The notes under the pieces: model-generated
What the model saw: only the letters and a program-made list of their open reading frames with translations
What the model was told of the DNA's origin: nothing
Database searches by the model: none
Program-made: the position numbers and the translations under genes
Assembly: GCA_937880925.1 (NCBI GenBank)
Contig: CALGGB010000312.1
Span: 60-64,059, forward strand
Length of the DNA stretch: 64,000 nucleotides
Reading direction: 5' to 3'
DNA from: an uncultured Rhodospirillaceae bacterium
GTDB lineage: Bacteria > Pseudomonadota > Alphaproteobacteria > SP197
Shown: piece after piece, positions 1 to 10,778 of the stretch
How the letters are laid out: every line of letters starts with the position of its first letter
Position numbering within the stretch: the stretch's first letter is position 1

Positions 1-16
1 ACCCCCCAAAACATTT

Positions 17-340
17 ATGTACAAAACTCGTTTTGCCACCAACACCACAGCTCCCCAGGAAGTTGATATTGCTTGCGGCTTATTAGAATCCTACGTCTTG
101 GCTTTAGAATGTAAAGTTACCAATGATGAAACTAATTCGGTTAAAAGAATAAATGATGTTCTAAAGAAATCATCATCCTGGAAGGCGCATTGGGGGAGCT
201 TCGTAGAAACAGCTGCACTTCTTCAGGGCGTTATAAAACCGACCGATGTTCAGCGTCTAACAGACCAGGGAGTGCATGTTTTCTGGTCTCACGACCTAGA
301 GCGTTTTTCTGAATGGATTTCGGCCCGCACTGAATCCTAA
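17..340 (+). CDS. hypothetical protein encoded in an AT-rich island
   Basis: ORF of 107 aa lies in a ~340-nt segment of roughly 40% GC, against ~67% for the rest of the window. I recognise no conserved motif. The ORF may be truncated by the window edge. Confidence 0.3.
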   Translation: MYKTRFATNTTAPQEVDIACGLLESYVLALECKVTNDETNSVKRINDVLKKSSSWKAHWGSFVETAALLQGVIKPTDVQRLTDQGVHVFWSHDLERFSEWISARTES

Positions 341-347
341 TATAAGC

Positions 348-1892
348 TTGTGTGGATTTGTTTCGTGCCGTACCGGTGCCGAAAACGCCCGGAGGGCACG
401 TTTGAACAGCGATTACCTTTACCGCCTGCGTGAGGAGTGGTTCGGCAACATCCGCGGAGATGTGCTGGCCGGGCTCGTGGTGGCGCTGGCGCTGATTCCT
501 GAAGCCATTGCCTTTTCCATCATCGCGGGCGTCGATCCCAAGGTCGGGCTTTACGCCAGCTTCTCGATCGCGGTGATCTCGTCCTTTGCCGGCGGGCGGC
601 CGGGGATGATCTCGGCGGCGACGGCGGCGACGGCCGTGCTGATGGTGACGCTGGTTGCCGATCACGGCCTGCAATACCTGCTGGCCGCCACGGTGCTGGC
701 CGGGCTGTTGCAGATGGTGATGGGCGCGCTGCGCCTGGGCCATCTGATGCGCTTCGTCTCGCGCTCGGTGCTGACCGGCTTCGTCAACGCGCTCGCCATC
801 CTCATCTTCATGGCGCAACTGCCCGAGCTGATCGGCGTGCCGTGGCTCACCTATGTGATGGTCGCGGGCGGGCTGGCGATCATCTACCTGTTCCCGCACG
901 TCACGAAAGCCATCCCCTCGCCGCTCGTCTGCATCGTCGTGCTGACCGCGCTGACCCTGGGGTTCGATCTGGACCTGCGCACCGTGGGCGACATGGGCGA
1001 ACTGCCCGTCACCCTGCCGGTGTTCCTGCTGCCCGACATCCCATTGACCCTGGAGACGCTGCTGATCGTGCTGCCCTATTCGGCGGCGATCGCGGTGGTC
1101 GGCCTGCTGGAATCGCTGATGACCGCCTCCATCGTCGACGAGCTGACTGACACATCCAGCAACAAGAACCGCGAGTGTATCGGCCAGGGCCTCTCCAATT
1201 TCTTCACCGGCTTCATCGGCGGCATGGCCGGCTGCGCCATGATCGGCCAGTCGGTCATCAACGTGAAATCGGGCGGGCGCGGGCGGCTCTCCACCTTCTG
1301 CGCCGGCATCTTCCTGCTGATCCTGTGCGTGGTGCTGGGCGATCAGGTGAGCCGCGTGCCCATGGCGGCGCTCGTGGCGATCATGATCATGGTCTCCATC
1401 GGCACCTTCTCCTGGACCTCGATCGCCAACCTGCGCCACCACCCGAGGAGCTCGTCCATCGTGATGCTGGCGACCGTCGTCACGGTGGTCGCCACGCACA
1501 ACCTGGCGATCGGCGTGCTGGTCGGCGTGCTGCTGTCGGGCATCTTCTTTTCCTGGAAGATCGCGCAGATCTTCCGCGTCACCTCGACGCTCTCGGAGGA
1601 CGGCATGACACGCACCTACGTGGTGGAGGGCCAGGTGTTCTTCGCCTCGGCCGACGCCTTCCTTGCCGCCTTCGACTTCCGCGAGGCGCTGGAGAAGGTG
1701 GTGATCGACGTTTCCCGCGCGCACATCTGGGACATCTCCAGCGTCGCCAGCCTCGACACCGTGGTGCTGAAGTTCCGCCGCGAGGGTGCCGAGGTGACGC
1801 TGATCGGGCTCAACGACGCCAGCGAGACGATCGTCGACCGGCTCGCCATCCATGACAAACTGGGCGCCATCGACCGCCTGATGGGGCACTGA
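348..1892 (+). CDS. SulP family inorganic anion (sulfate) permease with C-terminal STAS domain
   Basis: About 11 TM segments are followed by a STAS-like C-terminus (…[16 protein letters not shown]…). The N-terminal motif [25 protein letters not shown] is typical of SulP. The true start is probably the TTG at 402, preceded by GGAGGG; the ORF as given opens at a TTG at 348. Confidence 0.8.
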   Translation: MCGFVSCRTGAENARRARLNSDYLYRLREEWFGNIRGDVLAGLVVALALIPEAIAFSIIAGVDPKVGLYASFSIAVISSFAGGRPGMISAATAATAVLMVTLVADHGLQYLLAATVLAGLLQMVMGALRLGHLMRFVSRSVLTGFVNALAILIFMAQLPELIGVPWLTYVMVAGGLAIIYLFPHVTKAIPSPLVCIVVLTALTLGFDLDLRTVGDMGELPVTLPVFLLPDIPLTLETLLIVLPYSAAIAVVGLLESLMTASIVDELTDTSSNKNRECIGQGLSNFFTGFIGGMAGCAMIGQSVINVKSGGRGRLSTFCAGIFLLILCVVLGDQVSRVPMAALVAIMIMVSIGTFSWTSIANLRHHPRSSSIVMLATVVTVVATHNLAIGVLVGVLLSGIFFSWKIAQIFRVTSTLSEDGMTRTYVVEGQVFFASADAFLAAFDFREALEKVVIDVSRAHIWDISSVASLDTVVLKFRREGAEVTLIGLNDASETIVDRLAIHDKLGAIDRLMGH

Positions 1893-1894
1893 CC

Positions 1895-2749
1895 ATGACA
1901 CGCATCATCGCGCTGATCGACGGCTCGACCTATTCACGCAGCGTCTGCGACCATGCCGCGTGGATCGCGGCGCGCACGCAAGCCGGCATCGACCTGCTCC
2001 ATGTCCTGGGCCGGCGCGACACCGCCAGCGCGCCGGTCAATCTTTCGGGGAACCTCGACGCCAACACGCGCGACAGCCTGCTGGAAGAACTGGCGAGTCT
2101 CGACGAGCAGAAGGCCAAGCTGGCGCTGAAACGCGGCCGCCTGATCCTGGAGGATGCCCGCGCGCGTCTGGCCGAGGACGGCGTGGAGGAGGTCAGCGCC
2201 AGGCTGCGCCACGGCGATATCGTGGAGACCGTGCAGGAGTTCGAGGCCGGCGCCGATCTCATCGTCATCGGCAAGCGCGGCGAGGGCGCCGATTTCGCCC
2301 GCCTGCATCTGGGCAGCAACCTGGAACGGGTGGTGCGCGCCAGCCACAAGCCGGTGTTTGTCGCCTCGCGCGCCTTCAAGCCGATCGAGACCTGCCTGAT
2401 CGCCTTCGACGGCGGCACCAGCGCCATGAAGGCGATCGACCACGTCGCCGGCTCGGCCCTGTTTGCCGGCCTTGCCTGCCGCCTGCTGATGGTGGGCAGC
2501 GATGGGCCTGCCGCCCGGAAGAAGCTGGACGACGCCGCGGCCCTGCTGCGCGCCGGCGGTCATGACGTGGAGGCCAATATCCTTCCGGGCCAGCCCGATG
2601 CCGTGATCGCGGCCGAGGTCGAGGCCCGCGCCATCGGCCTGGTGGTGATGGGCGCCTATGGCCATTCACGCATCCGCAGCCTGATCATCGGCTCGACCAC
2701 CAGCGAGATGATCCGCTCCTGCCTGGTGCCGGTCATGCTGTTCCGCTGA
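1895..2749 (+). CDS. universal stress protein (tandem UspA domains)
   Basis: 284 aa with two Usp-like halves (IIALIDGS… and …LIAFDGGTSA…) and a C-terminal GSTTSEMIRSCLVPVMLFR motif. Confidence 0.75.
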   Translation: MTRIIALIDGSTYSRSVCDHAAWIAARTQAGIDLLHVLGRRDTASAPVNLSGNLDANTRDSLLEELASLDEQKAKLALKRGRLILEDARARLAEDGVEEVSARLRHGDIVETVQEFEAGADLIVIGKRGEGADFARLHLGSNLERVVRASHKPVFVASRAFKPIETCLIAFDGGTSAMKAIDHVAGSALFAGLACRLLMVGSDGPAARKKLDDAAALLRAGGHDVEANILPGQPDAVIAAEVEARAIGLVVMGAYGHSRIRSLIIGSTTSEMIRSCLVPVMLFR

Positions 2750-2767
2750 AACTCGCGTTCCTCCGTC

Positions 2768-2968
2768 CTACGCCGAACGACGCAGGGCGGACGGGTTGTC
2801 GTTGATCGCATCGAGCGTGGCCTCGCAAAGGCCCTCGCGGGTGAGGCCGATGTCGCGCAGGGTGCGCATGTCCATGCGTGCCGCGGCGATCCGGGAGCGG
2901 CGGCGGACGGCGGCGTGGCGGCGATGCTCGACCAGCATCACGACGCGGTCGAAAAACACGGGCAACAT
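2768..2968 (-). CDS. DUF1127 domain small protein
   Basis: 66-aa ORF containing the hallmark MRTLRDIGLTR motif of DUF1127 proteins. Confidence 0.55.
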   Translation of the reverse strand: MLPVFFDRVVMLVEHRRHAAVRRRSRIAAARMDMRTLRDIGLTREGLCEATLDAINDNPSALRRSA

Positions 2969-3152
2969 GGGAAGTCTCCTTGGGTTGGCGCCGGTACCGC
3001 TGCGGTCCCGACCGGGCCCTTATCGGCTCTGAGGGTTTCGGCCGGGCGTCGCCGTCCCGCCTTTGTTGTTTCAAATGTTTCCGGGGTCGTGCTGGCATAC
3101 CCCCGGTCGTCTAGGATCATCGCCAGCCCTAGCAGCAGCACCGGAGTGCGCC

Positions 3153-3548
3153 ATGCCCCATCTGATTCTCGAGTATTCGGAAAACCTGGAGGGCGAACTC
3201 GACATCGCCGCCATGGTCCGCACGGTCCATGCCGCGGGCTGCACCTGTCCCACGGTCGCCACCGCGGCGCTCAAGACCCGCGCCATCGGCTATCGCCACC
3301 AGCTCTGCGCCGACGGCGACCCCGCCTACCGCTTCGTCGCGCTCACCATGCGCCTGCTCAGCGGACGCAGCCCCGCCCAGAAACAGGAGATCGGCGACAT
3401 CCTTTACGGCGCCCTGCAGCAGGCAACCGCCGGGGTCGATCGCAGCGCGGGTTTTGCCCTGTCGCTGGAACTCGCCGACATGGACGGGGCGACCTACCGC
3501 AAGGAGAACAACTTCGAGGCCGTCTGGGCGGCCAGGGCAGCGCAATAG
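3153..3548 (+). CDS. 5-carboxymethyl-2-hydroxymuconate isomerase family protein
   Basis: Begins MPHLILEYSENLE, the characteristic CHMI N-terminus, and is ~131 aa. I use the ATG at 3153 as start; the longer ORF from 3063 has no support. Confidence 0.65.
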   Translation: MPHLILEYSENLEGELDIAAMVRTVHAAGCTCPTVATAALKTRAIGYRHQLCADGDPAYRFVALTMRLLSGRSPAQKQEIGDILYGALQQATAGVDRSAGFALSLELADMDGATYRKENNFEAVWAARAAQ

Positions 3549-3596
3549 CCTGATCCTATCTTGTGGTGGATTGGCATAGGGAAACAGTGACAGCCT

Positions 3597-4790
3597 TTGC
3601 GGCATCGCTCGCCATATGGGCACACATCCCTATCGAAGCCCGTTTCACCGCCCAGGAGTTCTGTTTTGGTTTCCCTCGACATTGCCGGTTCCTCCAAAAA
3701 GCCCCGTATCGTGGTGCGCAACCGCAGCGGCGACACCATCGACCTGCCCGCCTTGTGGCTGCGCGAGCGCGCCCAGGATGCCAGCCAGGTCGATGCGGTC
3801 ACCGGCCAGCGCCTGATGGATCCGCACATGCTGCCGCCCGACCTCAGCCTGTCCGAGGCGCGCTGGGTCGACGACCGGCTGCAGCTTTCCTTCAGCGACG
3901 GCTATCGCGGTACCTTCGATCCGGCACCCCTGCTGGCCGACATCGTGATGGACGACGGCTGTCCCGAAGCCGCGCCCTGGCATGCCGGCGACGTGCCGCA
4001 GGTGCGCGTTTCCTGGCCCGCGATCGCCGAGGACGACGCAGCCATGGCCGCGGCCCTGGAGCGCTTCCTGGCTTCCGGCTTCCTCATCCTCACCGGCACG
4101 CCCCGCAAGCCCGATGCCACCCTGGAGATCGCCGGGCGCTTCGGCACGGTGCGCGAGACCAATTTCGGGCGCCGCTTCGAGGTCGCCTCCAGGCCCGGCT
4201 CCAACGATCTGGCCTATCGCCCCGATGCGCTGGGACCCCATACCGACAACCCCTACCGCGTGCCGGTGCCGGGCATTCAGATCCTTCACTGCCTGGAGAA
4301 CGCCACTTCCGGCGGCCTCTCGACCCTGGCCGACAGCCTGAGCGCAGCCGCCATGCTGCGCGCCGAGGACCCCGAGGGTTTTGCCATGCTGGCCGAGATC
4401 CCGGTGCGTTTCCGTTTCCGCGACGAAGAGGCCGATCACGTCACCCTGCGCCCGGTGATCGAGACCGACGGCGAGGAGCGCATGACCGGGCTGCACTACA
4501 GCCCGCGCCTGGATTCCCTGCCGCTGCTCGAGGAGGCCGACCTGCAGATCTATCAGGGCGCGCGCAAGCGCCTGGCCGAGCTGCTGGCCGGGCCGGAACT
4601 GCAGATCCGCTTTGCCCTGCAGCCGGGCGAACTGCTGATGTTCGACAACAACCGCATCGTCCACGGCCGCACCGCCTTCGACCCCGAGGAAGGCCCGCGC
4701 CGCCTGATCGGCTGCTACATCGACCGCGACGGCCCGCGCAGCCTCTATCGTGTGCTGGCGGCCGGGCCGGGCCAGCGCAAGGCGGCCTGA
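3597..4790 (+). CDS. TauD/TfdA-family Fe(II)/2-oxoglutarate dioxygenase (gamma-butyrobetaine hydroxylase-like)
   Basis: A DUF971-like N-terminal domain precedes a TauD-fold C-terminus carrying the HTDNPY…HxD-type motif region (…LGPHTDNPYRVPVPGIQILHCLEN…). The start is uncertain. Confidence 0.65.
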   Translation: MRHRSPYGHTSLSKPVSPPRSSVLVSLDIAGSSKKPRIVVRNRSGDTIDLPALWLRERAQDASQVDAVTGQRLMDPHMLPPDLSLSEARWVDDRLQLSFSDGYRGTFDPAPLLADIVMDDGCPEAAPWHAGDVPQVRVSWPAIAEDDAAMAAALERFLASGFLILTGTPRKPDATLEIAGRFGTVRETNFGRRFEVASRPGSNDLAYRPDALGPHTDNPYRVPVPGIQILHCLENATSGGLSTLADSLSAAAMLRAEDPEGFAMLAEIPVRFRFRDEEADHVTLRPVIETDGEERMTGLHYSPRLDSLPLLEEADLQIYQGARKRLAELLAGPELQIRFALQPGELLMFDNNRIVHGRTAFDPEEGPRRLIGCYIDRDGPRSLYRVLAAGPGQRKAA

Positions 4791-4848
4791 GGCGGCGCGC
4801 CTTTTTTAAGGACTCGCGGGCGGGGCGGCGGCGCGGCAGGATGGGGCG

Positions 4849-5370
4849 ATGAGCGATGCGCCCCTGACCCTGACCCTGCCACTGCTGCCGCTGACCCGCG
4901 AGGCCTTTGCGCCCTTCGGCCAGGCCGTGCCGCGCCCCACAGGCGCCCCGACCTCCTTTGGCGAGAGCTTCGATTGCTGGTTCGGCGTCGGCACCCTCCA
5001 TGGTGCCGACCTGCGCCTGGGCCAGGTGGTTGCGCGACGGCCCTGCGACGGCCGCATCACGGCCATGGAGCGCCACCCCGACATCGAGATGCTGATGCCC
5101 GCGACCGGGCCGCTGATCCAGGTCGTGGCGCCCGGCCGCGACCTTGGCGATGCCCGGGAGCGGCCCTGCGCCGAGGAGGCGGTCGCCTTCCTGATCGAAC
5201 CCGGCGAGGCCGTGGTCGTGGCGCCCGGCGTGTGGCATGCCGCGGCCCTGCCGGCGGCCGGGGAAACCCTCTACTGGTTCGCGGGTCTGCCCCACGCGCC
5301 CGAGCCGGGCCGCCAGGACTGGCCGTGGATCGCCTTTGCCGGGGGTGCCGGCGTGCGCCTGCAGGACTGA
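4849..5370 (+). CDS. ureidoglycolate lyase (AllA) family cupin protein
   Basis: Carries LPL..EAFAPFG, ERHPD and GVWH motifs that align to AllA-type ureidoglycolate lyases; 173 aa. Confidence 0.55.
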   Translation: MSDAPLTLTLPLLPLTREAFAPFGQAVPRPTGAPTSFGESFDCWFGVGTLHGADLRLGQVVARRPCDGRITAMERHPDIEMLMPATGPLIQVVAPGRDLGDARERPCAEEAVAFLIEPGEAVVVAPGVWHAAALPAAGETLYWFAGLPHAPEPGRQDWPWIAFAGGAGVRLQD

Positions 5371-5450
5371 ACGGTCCGGCCGGCACGCATCTGGCACGGG
5401 GTGTGCAAGACGGACATCCCGTTCCCCAACAAGCCTTCAGGGAGAAACCC

Positions 5451-5957
5451 GTGAACCGATTCCTCGATCGCCTGAGCGCTCTTGCCGTTGCGCTGGTTAT
5501 TGCCTCAACCGCAATCCCGGCAACCGCCGCCGACCTGCCCGAACCCACCGGGGAGGTCATCCTGACCGTCAGCGATCGCGCCGGCGATACCGTGGCGCGT
5601 TTCGACCGTGCCATGCTGGAGGCCCTGCCCCAGACCACGGTGGCGACCTCGACCGACTGGACCGACGGCCAGCCGGTCTTCACCGGCCCCCTGGCACGTG
5701 ACGTGCTGGCCGCCGCGGGCGTCTCGGGCACCATCGTCGATGCCGGCGCGCTCAACGACTACCATGTCACCTTTCCCGCGGCCGACTTCGCCGACTGGGA
5801 CGTCATCCTGGCGATGACCATGGACGGCACGCCGCTTTCGGTGCGCGACAAAGGGCCGATCTGGATCGTCTATCCGCGCGACGATAATCCCGGACTCGCC
5901 AATCCGGAGGTCAACTCCCGCTGGGTCTGGCAGCTCCAGAGCCTGACCCTCGACTGA
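5451..5957 (+). CDS. periplasmic protein of unknown function (signal peptide), encoded immediately upstream of the hybrid sensor kinase
   Basis: GTG start with a GGAGA RBS 6 nt upstream. The N-terminus (NRFLDRLSALAVALVIASTAIPATAADLPEPTG) is a Sec signal peptide. The gene ends 4 nt before the kinase gene. Confidence 0.5.
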   Translation: MNRFLDRLSALAVALVIASTAIPATAADLPEPTGEVILTVSDRAGDTVARFDRAMLEALPQTTVATSTDWTDGQPVFTGPLARDVLAAAGVSGTIVDAGALNDYHVTFPAADFADWDVILAMTMDGTPLSVRDKGPIWIVYPRDDNPGLANPEVNSRWVWQLQSLTLD

Positions 5958-5961
5958 TCCC

Positions 5962-8508
5962 GTGACCGCGCCGCTCGCCACACGTCATCGCACGCTGCTG
6001 GGGGCGATCGCCCTCCTGCTGGTGGCGATGGCCGTGGCGGCCGGCACCCTGCTGGACCGCGAGCGGTCCATGCAGCAGCTTTCCAAGGAGCAGGTCTACT
6101 GGTCGGTCGCCCAGGCCGAAATCGAGCTTTACCGCTTCGTGACCGCGCTGGAGGCCTTCGGGCGGGGCGAACCCGGCATTGACCACGCGGATGTCGTGCA
6201 GCGCTTCGACATCTTCTGGAGCCGCATGGGCCTGTTCGAGGGCGGCGATATCGCACAGCGCGTCCTGTCCTTCGAAAATGCCGCCGAGGCCGTCGAGGCC
6301 GCCCGCCAGGTGATGATCGCCGAGGAAGCCGCGGTGATGAACCTGGAGGCCGGCAACGGGGCGAAAATCTCACGCCTGCACGAACGTTTCGAAGAGGCCG
6401 GCCTTGCACTCCATCGCCTGGCCGTGGCGGTGAACCAGGCCGAGATTGCCCTGCTCGCCGACCTCCGCGAACAGCTGCGCGCCGAGGTCTTTTCCCTGAT
6501 CGCCATCGTCGGCGGCATGGTCTCGGGCGGCGCCGTGCTCGTCCTGCTGCTGCTGCGCGAGAACCGGCGCAACCGGGCCCTGGCGCTGTTCAACCGCCAG
6601 TTCGTTGCCGCTTCCGATGCCTCGACCTCGGCCATCATGCTGTGCCGGCGTCAGGACGACCGCATGATCGTGGACTACGCCAACGCCGTCTTCCGGCGCC
6701 TGGCCGGCCAGGGCGAGGTCGTGGGGGCCGAACCTTCGATCCTCTTCTCGCGGCGCCTGAGCCCGGCCTTCACCGCTCCTCTGGAGGACGCGCTGGCGCG
6801 CGGTGAGCCGGTGGTCGGCCTTGACCTGCCGTTGGAGCGCGCCGGCACACGCCTGTGGCAGCGCCTGCAGGTGACGCCGGTAGCCGGCGACGAGGGCCGC
6901 ATCGATGCCCTGATGATCAAGATGGACGACGTCACCCCGGAAGTGGAGGGCCGGCGCCAGATCGAGGACGCGCGCGACGAGGCGATGCGCGCCAACGCCG
7001 CCAAGTCGCGCTTCGTCGCGGTGATGAGCCACGAGATTCGCACGCCCATGAACGGTGTGCTCGGCGCCCTGGGCCTGATCGCCCAGCGCAACCACGATGG
7101 CGAGCTCGACGGCCTGATCGGCACCGCGCAGGCCAGCGGCGAGGCCCTGCTCGCCATCCTCAACGACGTGCTCGACATCACGCGCATGGAGGCCGGCCAG
7201 CTTCGGCTCGATCCGGCGCCGCTCGACCTTGCCGGCCTGGTGCGCTCGGTCGCCGATGCCTGGTCGCCGCTCGCCGCCGAGAGGGGCGTTGCGCTGGTCT
7301 GGCATATGGCGCCGCAGGTGCCGCCCCATGTGACGGCCGACGCCGCCCGTCTGCGCCAGATGCTGGTCAACCTGGTCGCCAATGCCGTGAAGTTCACCGA
7401 CGCCGGACAGATCGCCATCGAGATCGCCATGAGCACAGGCTCACCGGCAACCGTGCGCTTCGAGGTGCGCGACAGCGGCCCTGGCATCGATCCCGCCGAT
7501 TTCGGCCGGCTGTTCCGCGAATATGACCAGATCGCCCAGCACGGGCGCGGCGGTACGGGTCTGGGCCTTGCCATCGTGCGGCGCCTGGCCGAGCTGATGG
7601 ACGGCAGCGTCGGCGTCGATTCGGTACCCGGCCAGGGCAGCACCTTCCATTTCGAGCTGCCCCTGCCGGCGGCGGAAGCCCCGCCCGCCCGCCCGGCACA
7701 GGCCGATTTCGCGCTGCAGGGCATCGACGTCCTGGTCGCCGAGGACAACGCGACCAACCGGCTGATCGTCTCCGAGATCCTCAAGGACCTGGGCTGCAGC
7801 GTGCGTCTGGCAACCAACGGCGCCGAGGCCGTGGCCATGGCCCGGGACCCGGTTCCCGACATCGTCCTGATGGACATCGCCATGCCGGAGATGGACGGCC
7901 ACGAGGCCCACGCCCGCCTGCGCGCCGCATCGGGCCGTCTTGCCCGCGTGCCGGTGGTGGCGCTGACCGCCTATGCCATGGCCGACGAGGTGGCAGGCTT
8001 CCTGGCCGAAGGCTTCGATGCCGTGCTGCCCAAGCCGGTGGGACGCGAGGCACTGGGCGAGACCCTGCAGCGCCTGGCCGGGCGGCCCGCGCCGGCGCCG
8101 GCGGCCTCTCCCGCAGCTTGCCCGGGAACCGCCGGCGCGGTCGACCGGGAGGTCCTGAACGCTCTGCTCGCCAGCCTGGGAAGCGAGACTTCCGCCCAGC
8201 TCGTCGGGAGTTTCCTTGACGATGTCGGCGCCGCCCTGATCCGTATCGAGGAAGCGCTCGGCGAGGGCAACCTCGCGCGGCTGGAACGCGACAGCCACAT
8301 TCTTTCGGGCCTTGCGCCGACCTTCGGCCTGATACCCCTGTCGCAGGCGGCGCGCGCCCTTAACCGCGCCTGCCGCGCAGGCGACCAGGAAACCGCCCTG
8401 GCCCAGGCCAGGCTGCTGGTGCCCTGCGGCCGGGAGGGTCTTGCCGCATTCCGCAAGGTGACCGTGGAGGCGGGTTTTGCGACACTGTCGCACGCCACCA
8501 CGGCATGA
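5962..8508 (+). CDS. hybrid sensor histidine kinase / response regulator with C-terminal Hpt domain
   Basis: Two TM segments flank a ~150-aa periplasmic loop. They are followed by a HisKA H-box (MSHEIRTPMNGVLG), HATPase_c N/G boxes, a REC domain (VLVAEDNATNRLIV…DIVLMDIAMPEMDG) and an Hpt-like C-terminus (…LERDSHILSGLAPTFGL). Confidence 0.9.
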   Translation: MTAPLATRHRTLLGAIALLLVAMAVAAGTLLDRERSMQQLSKEQVYWSVAQAEIELYRFVTALEAFGRGEPGIDHADVVQRFDIFWSRMGLFEGGDIAQRVLSFENAAEAVEAARQVMIAEEAAVMNLEAGNGAKISRLHERFEEAGLALHRLAVAVNQAEIALLADLREQLRAEVFSLIAIVGGMVSGGAVLVLLLLRENRRNRALALFNRQFVAASDASTSAIMLCRRQDDRMIVDYANAVFRRLAGQGEVVGAEPSILFSRRLSPAFTAPLEDALARGEPVVGLDLPLERAGTRLWQRLQVTPVAGDEGRIDALMIKMDDVTPEVEGRRQIEDARDEAMRANAAKSRFVAVMSHEIRTPMNGVLGALGLIAQRNHDGELDGLIGTAQASGEALLAILNDVLDITRMEAGQLRLDPAPLDLAGLVRSVADAWSPLAAERGVALVWHMAPQVPPHVTADAARLRQMLVNLVANAVKFTDAGQIAIEIAMSTGSPATVRFEVRDSGPGIDPADFGRLFREYDQIAQHGRGGTGLGLAIVRRLAELMDGSVGVDSVPGQGSTFHFELPLPAAEAPPARPAQADFALQGIDVLVAEDNATNRLIVSEILKDLGCSVRLATNGAEAVAMARDPVPDIVLMDIAMPEMDGHEAHARLRAASGRLARVPVVALTAYAMADEVAGFLAEGFDAVLPKPVGREALGETLQRLAGRPAPAPAASPAACPGTAGAVDREVLNALLASLGSETSAQLVGSFLDDVGAALIRIEEALGEGNLARLERDSHILSGLAPTFGLIPLSQAARALNRACRAGDQETALAQARLLVPCGREGLAAFRKVTVEAGFATLSHATTA

Positions 8509-8518
8509 CGGAGCGATC

Positions 8519-9928
<1,410 letters not shown>

Positions 9929-9940
9929 CCTCCCCGATCG

Positions 9941-9953
9941 TTGCATTCCGCAA
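9941..9953 (+). promoter_or_regulatory. candidate LuxO/NtrC-type activator binding site TTGCATTCCGCAA
   Basis: Matches the Vibrio LuxO box TTGCA-N3-TGCAA at 12 of 13 positions. It lies ~120 nt upstream of a sigma-54 promoter-like element. Confidence 0.4.
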
Positions 9954-10070
9954 AGTCCGGCGTTGCGAAGCGCCAAGCCGTGGCAGGTCGGGTGGCATCA
10001 GTCATGCCAACCTGATCGCTACCTCTCGGAAAACTGTAGATATTTCAACAATTTGAAGATTCGTGCCGTG

Positions 10071-10086
10071 TGGCACAGGACTTGAA
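10071..10086 (+). promoter_or_regulatory. sigma-54 (-24/-12) promoter-like element TGGCAC-N5-TTGAA
   Basis: TGGCACAGGACTTGAA has a perfect -24 GG context and a TTGA in place of the -12 TTGC. It sits ~75 nt upstream of the secreted-protein ORF and directly downstream of the luxO-like gene. Confidence 0.45.
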
Positions 10087-10161
10087 ACTCCCGTCACAAC
10101 CAAGCCGTCCCGGCTGGAAGACATCACGGCGCCGCACGGCGCTCTCAACGGGAGTACACAC

Positions 10162-10639
10162 CATGAAGACCTTCGTTTCGGCTACCGCCTTTGCCGCCTT
10201 TGTCGCGATCGCCGCCGGCTCGGCCATGGCCGACTCCTCAAAAAGCAGCACGGGCGATGTACGCCTGACCGGCACGATGCCCGCAATCTGCGAGATCGAC
10301 GTCGACACCAAGAACACCGCCATCGACATGCAGGAAGGCGCCAAGAAGCAGGTCGTCGCCGAGATCACCGAGACCTGCAACGACCACGAGGGCTACACGA
10401 TCAGCTTCACCTCGGAGAACGAGGGCAAGATCGTCCATGGCGAGAGCGGCCAGGGCATCGGCTACACCGTGAGCTACGACAGCGCCAGCAACAGCGCCCT
10501 CGACAAGAGCCTGATCGTGAACCGCGCCAAGGAAGGCTATGGCGTCGAGCATGACCTGATCGTCGACATGTCGGGCAGCAACGACCGCGTCGCCGGCACC
10601 TACCGCGACACCATCACGATCCAGATCGCCGCGAAGTAA
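10162..10639 (+). CDS. secreted protein, spore-coat-U (SCPU)/Csu-pilin-like domain
   Basis: A strong signal peptide (MKTFVSATAFAAFVAIAAGSAMA|D) and a GGGAG RBS are present. The size (~159 aa) and the C-terminal …AGTYRDTITIQIAAK resemble the SCPU-domain ending aGtYtDtvtvtv. Assignment is from memory of the family pattern. Confidence 0.45.
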
Positions 10640-10690
10640 GCGAGAACCCACCGGGTCGCCGTACCTCCCCCAACAGGTGCGACCCGGACC

Positions 10691-10772
10691 GGAGCCGCGG
10701 TTGCTCGCGCTGCCGCGGCTCCACACTACCGCGCCGCGGTCCCTCACCCGGGACCGCGGCGTCGGCCGTTTT
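10691..10772 (+). terminator. tandem GC-rich hairpins between convergent genes (bidirectional terminator region)
   Basis: GGAGCCGCGG-N12-CCGCGGCTCC is a 10-bp stem. It is followed by GCCGCGGTCCC-N6-GGGACCGCGGC and then gtcggccgTTTT. Confidence 0.5.
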
Positions 10773-10778
10773 GGGGGC

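Noticed and set aside
231-1901. 556-aa minus-strand ORF antisense to the SulP gene. Similar long antisense ORFs also occur: 3645-4664, 6675-7883, 7441-8547, 22789-25389, 36332-38239, 42778-44778, 55423-58089, 58919-60673.
   Set aside because: Their translations are low-complexity Arg/Gly/Ala/Pro/His-rich with no motifs. They overlap well-supported conserved genes on the opposite strand. Such open antisense frames are the expected artefact of ~67% GC DNA.
9929-10161. Qrr-like sRNA downstream of luxO
   Set aside because: No similarity to the conserved Qrr 5' region. The sigma-54 element is followed directly by an RBS and a secreted-protein ORF with a good signal peptide. It was therefore interpreted as a protein-coding target instead.
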